A stretch of DNA of 64,000 nucleotides from Bacteroidales bacterium. GTDB taxonomy: Bacteria; Bacteroidota; Bacteroidia; Bacteroidales; VadinHA17. The notes beneath the pieces were generated by a model. It was not told the origin of the DNA, did no database searches, and saw only the letters and a list, made by a program, of their open reading frames with translations. How positions within the stretch are numbered: the stretch's first letter is position 1; each line of letters starts with the position of its first letter. Of this stretch, positions 39,740 to 47,961 are shown one piece after another. The stretch lies in assembly GCA_041686075.1 (NCBI GenBank), contig JAWLEO010000004.1, forward strand, positions 11,006 through 75,005. The letters are read 5' to 3'. The translations under genes and the position numbers were made by a program.

Positions 39740-40796
39740 AGTCTTTAATTAATTTATTAAAATCGTCTCCCTGATTATTAATGAAAACAATATTTATCCT
39801 CAGAAAAAAAAGTTTATCGTCAGGGAAAAATTCTTCATGGATGATTTCCTTTAGCCGTATTGCATCTTTTTCCGTTGTAATTAAACATCTATCGCCTTCC
39901 GGCAGGCTAAGATACTTATCTCTTATCCTCATGCAATCCTGGCGATTGTACCTGTGATGATCCCGATATTTCAGATGACTTATTTCAAGGTTATATTCAT
40001 TTAAATAGTTAACTAATATCCCGGGTTCAGCTATACCTGTGACCAATAGGACGTTTTTAAGTTCATAAGCTATCTGATCCATACTGATATCTTTCCTATG
40101 CTGCTCGAAAATACTTAAAGGCTGATCATACGATAGGCAGGTGTAAAATAAATGTTGTTCGGATGACAGTTGTATTTTCTCTGATATGAGGTTCATTTCA
40201 GGATGAGGCAGGCCAGGTGGCGATTTGGTAATAAGAACAATATTAGCTCTTTTGACAGAAGAACGGGGTTCTCTTAACCTGCCTGCCGGCAGGAGATAAT
40301 CATTGGTTATCAACCGGTTATAATCAATTAGAAGTATACTCAGGCCCGCCTCGACATATCGATGCTGGTATGCATCGTCAAGAATAATGATTTCTGTTTC
40401 TGGTTTTTTTGAGAGAATTTCATTTATCCCATGCACCCGGTTCCTGTCGACGGCTACAGTAACACCTGGATATTTGCATTTAATCTGCAGAGGTTCGTCA
40501 CCGGTGGTATCAACCCCTGAGTCAGTTTCAACTACATTGAAATTTTTTGTTCTTCTCTTGTATCCCCTGCTCAATACAGCAATATTGTAATCATCTTTAA
40601 GCAACTCAAGAAGGTACTCAACATGAGGGGTTTTACCTGTCCCGCCAACTGTCAGGTTGCCAACTGTGATGACAGGCAAGGCAAAATAAGTTGATTTTAT
40701 TATGCCTGTATCGAAAAGCAAGTTACGTATCCTTATCACTAAGCCATAGGCAAGGGCAAAAGGGAATAATAATATTCTATCCAGCTTACTCTTCAT
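39702..40796 (-). CDS. lpxK: tetraacyldisaccharide 4'-kinase
   Basis: 364 aa. P-loop GNLTVGGTGKTP and LSRGYKR. Start overlaps the sppA stop (TAATG). Confidence 0.9.
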   Translation of the reverse strand: MKSKLDRILLFPFALAYGLVIRIRNLLFDTGIIKSTYFALPVITVGNLTVGGTGKTPHVEYLLELLKDDYNIAVLSRGYKRRTKNFNVVETDSGVDTTGDEPLQIKCKYPGVTVAVDRNRVHGINEILSKKPETEIIILDDAYQHRYVEAGLSILLIDYNRLITNDYLLPAGRLREPRSSVKRANIVLITKSPPGLPHPEMNLISEKIQLSSEQHLFYTCLSYDQPLSIFEQHRKDISMDQIAYELKNVLLVTGIAEPGILVNYLNEYNLEISHLKYRDHHRYNRQDCMRIRDKYLSLPEGDRCLITTEKDAIRLKEIIHEEFFPDDKLFFLRINIVFINNQGDDFNKLIKDYVRKNRKNSIIS

Positions 40797-42562
40797 TACC
40801 TGGTCTCGAGAAAATAGGGCAAGCGGGCCTGTATGCCTTTCAGGGATCTGAGCTCATTAATATTCTCATAATGCCTGGCCAGTTCGCCGAGTTCTTTATT
40901 TATTATCCTGGCTGTAATATCTCCTGTGAGGCTTTTCATAATTTTGGTATATGGGTCCTCAGGTTCCGGATATTCCTTAATTTTATAATCTTCCAGCGAT
41001 GCCAGCTTTGCAGCCTCGTCTATTGCTTCCGGCAGGCCGCCTATATAATCAACAAGGTTTAATTCAAGGGCATCTTCACCACAGTATACATGACCCTGTC
41101 CCAATTCATCAACTCTTTCTTTATCCATGCCGCGTCCCTTAGATACGCGGTTCACAAATTCGTCATATGTCCTGTTAATGTGCTCCTGGTATATGGTTTG
41201 CTCATAGCTGTTCATCCCTCTGTATAATGATAGTATGTCTGAATTTTCATTCGTTTTAACAACATCTGTGGTGATACCCAGCTTTTCTTCCATAAGCTCG
41301 CTTGCTTCAGGGAAAAGGCCAAATACACCAATAGAACCGGTTAATGTTGTAGGATGGGCAAATATTTTTGTTGCAGGAACTGAAATATAATACCCGCCGG
41401 AGGCAGCAAAATTACTCATTGATACCACAACGGGGATAGAATCTGCGGTAAGTTTTATCTCCCTCCACATATTATCCGAAGCCATTGCATTACCACCCGG
41501 TGAGCTTACCCTGATCACCACAGCCTCATAATCGCCACTCTCCCTTATTTTCCTGAATATAGAGGCGTAACCATCGCCTCCTATCATGCCAGTTGTAGAC
41601 TTACCCATGTTAATGGTGCCTTCGGCATATATTACAGCTATGCTCGATTCAGCTTTTTCTTTTTTCTCCCTTTCCACATTCCTGTATTTAGCCATTGTAA
41701 CTTTTTCAGGATCTTTCTCTTTTTCGGCACTGCATAGGGTTTTTAATTCTTCGATAAGCTCATCTTCATACATAAGTTTATCTATAAGGCCTTCTTCAAC
41801 AGCTTTATTAATATCAAATACTATGAGGTCATCGGCTAGCTGGTTTAGTTTGTCAGCACTGATGTTTCGTGCTGACGAAATCTCACCTATCACATGAGTC
41901 CATATACCTGTTAAATAATCATTGATCTGCTCACGGTTGGCTTCGCTCAAGCTGTTAAGCATAAATTTTTCTACTGCTCCTTTGTATTTACCATGTCTTA
42001 TTACCTGAACATTTACGCCAAGTTTCTCAAGGGCATCTTTATAGAAAACAACCTCAGAGGCCAGTCCTTTAAATTCCATAATAGCATTGGGATTGACATA
42101 TATCTTGTCTGCAAGGCTTGAGATATAATATGATTCCTGGGTTAATATATAATCGGTATATGATATAATGAACTTACCGGACTCCTTAAACCTTTGCAGC
42201 GCATTACGTATTTCTTCTGCTTTACCCCATCCGTTTACCATGAGGCCGTTTTCAATAAGAACTCCTTTTATCCTTTCGTCATCAGCTGCCTTCTTAAGGT
42301 TTGATAATATATCATTTATACCGGGAGCTGGTTTAAATGTGAAATTTATGGGATCAAAACTACTCCATGGATCATTTGTTCCCTGTTCCGGCATTATTAA
42401 TCCTGTATTCAGTACAAGAACTGAATTGGAACTTATGCTAACAGGTTTTTCCGCTGAAGCGATCATCAGACTGAGACTTGCCAGGCTGATAAAAAAGAAT
42501 AATATACCGGCAATAAGAAGGCCTGTGATTGTAGCTAAAGTATATTTCAGGAAACTCTTCAT
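40796..42562 (-). CDS. sppA: signal peptide peptidase SppA, 67K type
   Basis: ORF 40796..42613; likely start is MKSFLKYTLATITGLLIAGILFF (ATG at complement 42560-42562). Duplicated ClpP/crotonase-like S49 domains (GGNAMASD, AASGGYYIS). Confidence 0.88.
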   Translation of the reverse strand: MKSFLKYTLATITGLLIAGILFFFISLASLSLMIASAEKPVSISSNSVLVLNTGLIMPEQGTNDPWSSFDPINFTFKPAPGINDILSNLKKAADDERIKGVLIENGLMVNGWGKAEEIRNALQRFKESGKFIISYTDYILTQESYYISSLADKIYVNPNAIMEFKGLASEVVFYKDALEKLGVNVQVIRHGKYKGAVEKFMLNSLSEANREQINDYLTGIWTHVIGEISSARNISADKLNQLADDLIVFDINKAVEEGLIDKLMYEDELIEELKTLCSAEKEKDPEKVTMAKYRNVEREKKEKAESSIAVIYAEGTINMGKSTTGMIGGDGYASIFRKIRESGDYEAVVIRVSSPGGNAMASDNMWREIKLTADSIPVVVSMSNFAASGGYYISVPATKIFAHPTTLTGSIGVFGLFPEASELMEEKLGITTDVVKTNENSDILSLYRGMNSYEQTIYQEHINRTYDEFVNRVSKGRGMDKERVDELGQGHVYCGEDALELNLVDYIGGLPEAIDEAAKLASLEDYKIKEYPEPEDPYTKIMKSLTGDITARIINKELGELARHYENINELRSLKGIQARLPYFLETR

Positions 42563-42677
42563 AACAGTATTTTTTACGGGTTTTATTTGAGACCTTAAAT
42601 ATATAAAAAACAAGGACAGGGGAGTTTGGTTTTAAATGATTTAATAATTTTGAAGCTGGAGAATATAGATTATTGCC

Positions 42678-43166
42678 ATGGCAAAAGTATACCTGGGACT
42701 GGGTTCTAATATTGGCGAGCGGTATGAAAACCTTGCAGAGGCAAGGAAAAGACTGACCGGTTTGTCTTTTGAGATATTATCGGTTTCACCCGTTTATATT
42801 TCAGAACCATGGGGCTTTAAAAGCAATAATGATTTTTATAACCAGGTGATTGAAGTTAAAACTGATGTTGATCCCTATGACTTGCTGGATATTATCCAGG
42901 AGACAGAAAACAAAATGGGGAGAGAGCGAAGAATAAAAGGTTATTCAGACAGGATTATTGATATTGATATTCTCTTTTACGATAATAAGATAATAAGCAG
43001 TAAACCTTTGATTATTCCACATCCGCTTCTTCATAAACGTATGTTCGTTCTACAACCTATGGCTGATATAGCCCCTGAGTTTATACACCCGGTGTTTAAT
43101 AAAACTATTGAAGAATTGATGCAAGAGTGCGAGGATCCCCCTTTGAAGGGGGTCAGGGGGATGTGA
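42678..43166 (+). CDS. folK: 2-amino-4-hydroxy-6-hydroxymethyldihydropteridine diphosphokinase (last ~10 codons supplied by a repeat unit)
   Basis: 162 aa. V.LGLGSN.G, SPVY.SEPWG, R.IDIDIL.Y, IPHP.L..R.FVL.P motifs. The C-terminal EDPPLKGVRGM is encoded by the first 31-bp repeat copy. Confidence 0.88.
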   Translation: MAKVYLGLGSNIGERYENLAEARKRLTGLSFEILSVSPVYISEPWGFKSNNDFYNQVIEVKTDVDPYDLLDIIQETENKMGRERRIKGYSDRIIDIDILFYDNKIISSKPLIIPHPLLHKRMFVLQPMADIAPEFIHPVFNKTIEELMQECEDPPLKGVRGM

Positions 43167-43226
43167 TCCCCCTTTGAAGGGGGTCAGGGGGATGTGATCC
43201 CCCTTTGAAGGGGGCCAAGGGGATGT
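43134..43226. repeat. 3 tandem copies of a 31-bp unit GATCCCCCTTTGAAGGGGGTCAGGGGGATGT
   Basis: Copies at 43134-43164, 43165-43195 and 43196-43226; the third has 2 substitutions. Each unit contains the CCCCC-TTTGAA-GGGGG palindrome. Confidence 0.95.
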
Positions 43227-43609
43227 TAATCCTCCTCTCCACCACCCTCAATCTCATGTATTGTTTTCTCAATCACCCTTAAAACATTCCACATTTTTTT
43301 CCTTACTTCATATTCATCAAACCGGATAACCTTGATGCCATAAGATTCAAGGATGCCCTGTCTTGCCTTATCGTTTTCATATTTATGATCATGACTTGAT
43401 CCGTCAATTTCAATAGCCAACATTAGCTCATGGCAATAGAAGTCAACTATGAAATTATCAATAGGTACCTGTCGGTGGAATTGATGTCCCATGGATTTGT
43501 TTTTTATTTCCAGCCAGAGAAGTACTTCTCCCAGAGTACTCTTTTTGCGTAATATTTTAGCAAGTTCTTTTAGTTTTGGCTTATAGGGAATTATTTTATT
43601 TTTTGGCAT
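43226..43609 (-). CDS. DUF559 / Vsr-like endonuclease-domain protein
   Basis: 127 aa. ..LAKILRKKSTLGEVLLW..I.....GHQFHRQVPIDNFIVDFYCHELMLAIEIDGSSH......D..R...L...GIKVIRF matches the DUF559 pattern (aE..LW, kFrRQ.pi..yivDFyc...kl.iE.DG..H, vlRf). Confidence 0.85.
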   Translation of the reverse strand: MPKNKIIPYKPKLKELAKILRKKSTLGEVLLWLEIKNKSMGHQFHRQVPIDNFIVDFYCHELMLAIEIDGSSHDHKYENDKARQGILESYGIKVIRFDEYEVRKKMWNVLRVIEKTIHEIEGGGEED

Positions 43610-43633
43610 GTGTCAGGTGTTTAGGTTTTTTTT

Positions 43634-43682
43634 TACATCCCCCTTGTCACGCTGCGCGTGACTTTCCCCCTTCAAAGGGGGA
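43634..43682. repeat. reverse-complement copy of the 31-bp unit, split by an inserted perfect hairpin
   Basis: ACATCCCCCT + [tGTCACGC-tgc-GCGTGACttt, stems at 43645-51 and 43655-61] + CCCCCTTCAAAGGGGGAGC. The uninterrupted reverse-complement unit would be ACATCCCCCTGACCCCCTTCAAAGGGGGATC. Confidence 0.85.
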
Positions 43683-43689
43683 GCCCCTT

Positions 43690-44373
43690 CTATATCATCC
43701 CATTATCCGCATAGCTGTAATAACCGTTATCGGTTACGATAATATGGTCGAGCAGGCTGATATCAAAATAAGCTACAGCTTCCTTGATCTTTTGTGTTAT
43801 ACGGTTGTCAGCCTCGCTGGGGTCCAGGTTCCCCGAAGGATGGTTGTGGCATATTATCATTGAAGAGGCAAGCAATTCAAGTGCCTTTTTTACTATTAAA
43901 CGTACATCGGTTATGGTGCCGCTGATTCCTCCCTGGCTTAATTTGTGGCGACTCAGTATTTTGTTAGACCTGTTAAGGTAGAGCAACCAGAATTCTTCAT
44001 GGGTGAGATCGGCCAGCAGGGGATTGAATATGGTATACACATCATTGCTTGACCTAATTTTAGCAGCTTCAATTATCTCTGCTGATTTGCGTCGACGTCC
44101 AAGTTCAAGGGCAGCCATAATATTAATTGCTTTGGCCGTTCCTATCCCTTTTAGTTTAACCAGGTCATGTACATCCAGCTTACCAAGACGGTTCAGGTTA
44201 TTGGAAGCAAGATTCAATATTTCGCGTGCCAGGTCCACAGCAGATTTATCATTACTACCGGAGCCGATCAATATGGCTAATAGTTCAGCATCGCTCAGGC
44301 TTGAAATACCTTTATAAAGGAGTTTTTCGCGGGGCCTGTCCTCCAGGGCCCAGTCTTTAATTTTTAGTGACAT
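43690..44373 (-). CDS. radC: RadC-family JAB-domain protein
   Basis: 227 aa. N-terminal HhH-like region (L.D.ELLAILIG.G) and the JAMM motif HNHPSG..PS..D. Confidence 0.88.
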   Translation of the reverse strand: MSLKIKDWALEDRPREKLLYKGISSLSDAELLAILIGSGSNDKSAVDLAREILNLASNNLNRLGKLDVHDLVKLKGIGTAKAINIMAALELGRRRKSAEIIEAAKIRSSNDVYTIFNPLLADLTHEEFWLLYLNRSNKILSRHKLSQGGISGTITDVRLIVKKALELLASSMIICHNHPSGNLDPSEADNRITQKIKEAVAYFDISLLDHIIVTDNGYYSYADNGMI

Positions 44374-44423
44374 GCAGCAAGATTTTTTATTCTACTGCAA
44401 TTTACATAAACAAAGCGAAAAAT

Positions 44424-44450
44424 AAAAAAGGCTGTCCGGGAAAGACAGCC
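44424..44450 (-). terminator. Rho-independent terminator after rpsT
   Basis: Minus strand reads GGCTGTC-tttcccg-GACAGCC followed by TTTTTT. Confidence 0.7.
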
Positions 44451-44472
44451 TTAAAACTTTTAATAAATTTTT

Positions 44473-44724
44473 TTACAGGCTATTCACATGTTTTGCCAGC
44501 GATGATTTAAGGTTGGCTGCTTTTTTCTTATGGATAATATTCTTCTTCACCAGTTTATCAAGCATGGAAGACACTTTGGGATATAAATCCTGAGCTTCTT
44601 CCTTATTTGTTGTAGCACGCAGCTTCTTCAGGTTGGTGCGCATCGACTTAAGAAAGTACTTGTTATGTAATCTCCTGTTTTCACCCTGCCTGTTCCTTTT
44701 TTCTGCTGATTTGTGATTAGCCAT
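44473..44724 (-). CDS. rpsT: 30S ribosomal protein S20
   Basis: ORF 44473..44742. The conserved start MANHKSAEKR.RQ is at complement 44722-44724. Basic helical protein of S20 size. Confidence 0.9.
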   Translation of the reverse strand: MANHKSAEKRNRQGENRRLHNKYFLKSMRTNLKKLRATTNKEEAQDLYPKVSSMLDKLVKKNIIHKKKAANLKSSLAKHVNSL

Positions 44725-44753
44725 ATTTTTATCCTCTGTCATTTATAAACTTG

Positions 44754-44825
44754 TACTCCGTAGGGGAATCGAACCCCTGCTACCAGGATGAAAACCTGGC
44801 GTCCTAACCACTAGACGAACGGAGC
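44754..44825 (-). tRNA. tRNA-Glu (anticodon TTC)
   Basis: Reverse complement is GCTCCGTTCGTCTAGTGGTTAGGACGCCAGGTTTTCATCCTGGTAGCAGGGGTTCGATTCCCCTACGGAGTA. It folds as a cloverleaf with anticodon loop TTTTCAT. The 1:72 pair is G.U. Confidence 0.9.
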
Positions 44826-44941
44826 AAAAACTCTCTTTTACAGAAAGCGGATGCAAAGAAAATACCTTTTTTTGAATATTACAAATCCTTAGTTGGAAAA
44901 AGGAAGGATAAATAACCTTTACCAGATCCTCTGGCATTATC

Positions 44942-45406
44942 TTAGAAGACGTACCTGACGGATAATCCTCCGTGTATCCCTCCCCAGCCGGTATAGCCAA
45001 TAAGGTTGACACTGGGCATTAAGTCCAGAGCCAGGTTCAGTGGTATTTCGTCAAAGGTGTATTCCAGGCCCAACACAAAATCTGCTCCCAGGACAGATGT
45101 AACATCAGGGTCATCTATGTAACGATTGCCATCCCAGAAACCTACATGGGCACCAAAGCCCCAGTACCAGTTAAGACCGGGATATTGTCCTGTCCAGTGT
45201 TCATTTTCATATAAGCCGGTTATTACAAAACCACCCCAGCTGCTGGCAAGTATACCTTCTAGTGCATTGGTTTCGTTGAGGAAGTGTTTAACAGTTACAC
45301 CGTATGGGAAACCTGCCCTCAAACCCAGGCTGGTACGGTAATCCTGGGCATTCACTGTGAATCCCAGTACAAAAAGTGTTATAAGTATCAGTACAACTTT
45401 TTTCAT
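44942..45406 (-). CDS. small outer-membrane beta-barrel protein
   Basis: 154 aa. Signal MKKVVLILITLFVLGFTVNAQ, alternating Gly/aromatic strand pattern, and C-terminal ..LSVRYVF (terminal Phe beta-signal). Confidence 0.7.
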   Translation of the reverse strand: MKKVVLILITLFVLGFTVNAQDYRTSLGLRAGFPYGVTVKHFLNETNALEGILASSWGGFVITGLYENEHWTGQYPGLNWYWGFGAHVGFWDGNRYIDDPDVTSVLGADFVLGLEYTFDEIPLNLALDLMPSVNLIGYTGWGGIHGGLSVRYVF

Positions 45407-45565
45407 TGCATTGGTTTATTTATTAAACATGGCAGTTTATTAAAATGAGTTACAAGATAACCAAAATAAAGCGGCTTCTCAAACAATATTTACAATTTTA
45501 ACCACATCTGAAGCCGGATCAAAACGTTTACTGATAGAGTTTACTGTCTCTATCCATTTTCAGGC

Positions 45566-46927
45566 TTAATACTTTATCAGCTCCTCTGCAAGCTTGTGAA
45601 TGTCAAAGCCATTGAAATTGCCTGAGCTCATAAATAAATATACTGTGCCCTCACCGGCTTCCTCGTTAATTTTATAGAATAATTCATCTGAATCATCTGT
45701 AACAGCGATATTGGAATCACCGAATGCTTGTTTTACTTTTTCCTTGCTAAGCATCTCTAGCTTTTTTAATTTAAGCGCCCGGGGGTTATAGTATACATAT
45801 GCTTTATGGGCCTCATCCATACAGCCCTGGTAATTATTGAGGAAGGTGGAATTCAGGCTGCTGTAGGTATGTAGTTCCAGGCAGGCAATGAGCCTGTGGG
45901 CAGGGTACCTTTCAGCTACGGCATTAACTGTTGCTTTAACTTTGGAAGGGGCGTGGGCAAAATCAAGGTACACCAGGCAATTGTCTCCGGAGCTTAACAT
46001 TTCAAGACGTTTGCCCGAACCTAAAAAGCTGCCGGCTGCGGAATAAAAATCATCATCACCTATTCCCAGTTCATCGCATACAGCTTTGGCAGCCCCAAGG
46101 TTAATCATATTATGTTCACCAAAGATTTCCATTTTTTGTGTCCTGTTGAGAGTGGCAGCAAAGAATCCCTTCTTATTCTGAAAATAACCGTGGACCGTGT
46201 AAGGGATCAAAGTGATATCCCTGCGGGCTTTTTGTGCTAGCTTCTCAACCAGGGGGTCATCCTGGAAATACACCAGCTTACCGTTTTCACTTATGGTGTC
46301 TGCAAAAATCCGGAATTGTTCCAGGTAGGTGTCAAAATCAGGAAAAACATTGATATGGTCCCATGATATGCCGTTAATTACAGCTATATCCGGCTTATAC
46401 AGGTGAAATTTAGGCCGGGGATCAAGTGCCGAGCTGAGGTATTCGTCTCCCTCGAAAATAGCTATTAATGAATTGTCTGACAGCTTGACCGTTGTATCAA
46501 AACCGTTGAGCTGTGAGCCAACCATGTAATCAAATTCAACACCGCATGATTTCAATACGTGCAATATCATTGATGTGATGGTCGTTTTTCCATGGCTGCC
46601 ACCGATAACCACCCTTTTTTTATTCTTTGTTTGATCGTAAAGGTATTCTGGGAAGGATTTTATTTCAAGCCCCAGTTCCTGTGCCTTTAATAGTTCGGGG
46701 TTGTTTTTACGGGCATGCATGCCCAGTATTACAGTATCGATGTCATTAGTTATTTTTTCGGGGTGCCAGCCCTTTTCTGTGGGGAGCAGCCCATAAGCCG
46801 CAAGTCTGCCTGCCGAAGGTTCAAATATTTCATCATCTGAACCGCTTACCTGGTGCCCATTCCTGTGTAATGATATCGCCAGATTATGCATTACCGCTCC
46901 GCCAATGGCTATAAAATGTATCCTCAT
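45566..46927 (-). CDS. mpl: Mur-ligase family enzyme, Mpl-like (UDP-N-acetylmuramate:tripeptide ligase)
   Basis: ORF 45566..46933 starting MLMRIHF; the Mpl-type N-terminus MRIHFIAIGG..M..LA is at the third codon. ATP site GGSHGKTTITSM. Confidence 0.7.
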   Translation of the reverse strand: MRIHFIAIGGAVMHNLAISLHRNGHQVSGSDDEIFEPSAGRLAAYGLLPTEKGWHPEKITNDIDTVILGMHARKNNPELLKAQELGLEIKSFPEYLYDQTKNKKRVVIGGSHGKTTITSMILHVLKSCGVEFDYMVGSQLNGFDTTVKLSDNSLIAIFEGDEYLSSALDPRPKFHLYKPDIAVINGISWDHINVFPDFDTYLEQFRIFADTISENGKLVYFQDDPLVEKLAQKARRDITLIPYTVHGYFQNKKGFFAATLNRTQKMEIFGEHNMINLGAAKAVCDELGIGDDDFYSAAGSFLGSGKRLEMLSSGDNCLVYLDFAHAPSKVKATVNAVAERYPAHRLIACLELHTYSSLNSTFLNNYQGCMDEAHKAYVYYNPRALKLKKLEMLSKEKVKQAFGDSNIAVTDDSDELFYKINEEAGEGTVYLFMSSGNFNGFDIHKLAEELIKY

Positions 46928-47038
46928 AAGCAAATTTTATGCAAAAATACCCATTTCAACGGTTTAACAGGTAAACGATTCAAAAAATAACTTTTTATCT
47001 CTGCTAAAGCACTGTATATTTGCAAAAAATTTTCCCTT

Positions 47039-47878
47039 ATGAAATTGTCACCGGTACATATTTCAAATTTTAAAGTTGACGGGGGCACTATGTTCGGAGT
47101 AGTGCCGAAGGTTTTATGGAATAATAGATATCCCGCCGATGAAAATAACATGATAAACCTGGCCCTGCGCTCTTTGCTTGTTAACAACGGGGAGAATGTG
47201 ATATTGATAGATAATGGCTGGGGTGATAAGCAGAGCAAGAGATTTTTCAGGCATGTTCATCTCTACGGTGGTGACGGACTGGAAGGTGGTTTGAGAAAAG
47301 CGGGGTATGGGCTTGAAGACATCACCGATGTGGTACTTACCCATCTTCATGCTGATCATTGTGGTGGCGGGGTTAAAAAAGCAGCTGATAGAAGAGGTTA
47401 TGAGATGGTTTTTCCAAATGCTAAGTACTGGGTCAGCAGACAACAATGGGACTGGGCAATTAATCCCAACCCACGGGAGGCAGACAGCTTCCTGGAAGAA
47501 AACCTTCTTCCGATGATGGGGCATGGTAAACTGCATATGGTGGAGAAAGCCGGTAAATTATTCGAGGGATTTGACGTAAGGATAGTGAACGGGCATACCC
47601 CGGGACAACTGATACCGATAATAGATTATAAAAAGACAAAACTTGTTTTTGCAGCCGACCTTATACCCACAGTGGCGCATATTCCCTTACTGTGGAATAT
47701 GAGTTACGACCTTGACCAGCTTGCCACAATAGAAGAAAAAAGAGAAATTCTTGAGGAATCGCTGGCTAATAAATATATCCTGTTTTTCGAACATGACATT
47801 CATACGGAATGCTGCACCGTGAAAGACACCCCCAAAGGTATCAGGGAAGACAGGCTGATGAGGTTCAGAGACATATAA
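47039..47878 (+). CDS. MBL-fold metallo-hydrolase
   Basis: 279 aa. HxHxDH motif (LTHLHADHCGG) and later His/Asp ligands. Confidence 0.8.
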   Translation: MKLSPVHISNFKVDGGTMFGVVPKVLWNNRYPADENNMINLALRSLLVNNGENVILIDNGWGDKQSKRFFRHVHLYGGDGLEGGLRKAGYGLEDITDVVLTHLHADHCGGGVKKAADRRGYEMVFPNAKYWVSRQQWDWAINPNPREADSFLEENLLPMMGHGKLHMVEKAGKLFEGFDVRIVNGHTPGQLIPIIDYKKTKLVFAADLIPTVAHIPLLWNMSYDLDQLATIEEKREILEESLANKYILFFEHDIHTECCTVKDTPKGIREDRLMRFRDI

Positions 47879-47961
47879 ACTCGTTTCTCGTTGCTCGTTT
47901 CGTTTCCCCACCTTCGCTCTACGGGCTACGGCGGGCAGGCTTGGTTCTTGGTTCTAATTTT
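47879..47961. repeat. GC-rich spacer element sharing the CCACCTTCGC..CGGCGG core with the 10.9-kb element
   Basis: CTCGTTTC occurs twice (47880-87, 47894-901). Core is CCACCTTCGC (47908-17) ... CGGCGGGCAGG (47929-39). Tandem CTTGGTT x2 (47940-53). The element fills the whole convergent spacer. Confidence 0.6.

Larger units (their letters stand above)
43134..43682. mobile_element. putative DUF559-endonuclease cassette bounded by inverted 31-bp units
   Basis: The tandem units on the left are inverted relative to a reverse-complement copy on the right (43634-43682). A single 127-aa DUF559 gene lies between them. The cassette sits exactly between the 3' ends of folK and radC. Mobility is inferred, not shown. 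Confidence 0.4.

Noticed and set aside
43134-43226. Possible CRISPR array (31-bp repeats)
   Set aside because: The three units are directly tandem with no spacers, no cas genes are nearby, and an inverted copy lies on the other side of a single gene. It was called a tandem/terminal repeat instead.
44743-45012. 89-aa minus-strand ORF
   Set aside because: It overlaps tRNA-Glu (44754..44825) and the 3' end of the OMP gene. Its sequence is a read-through of the tRNA and is low-complexity.
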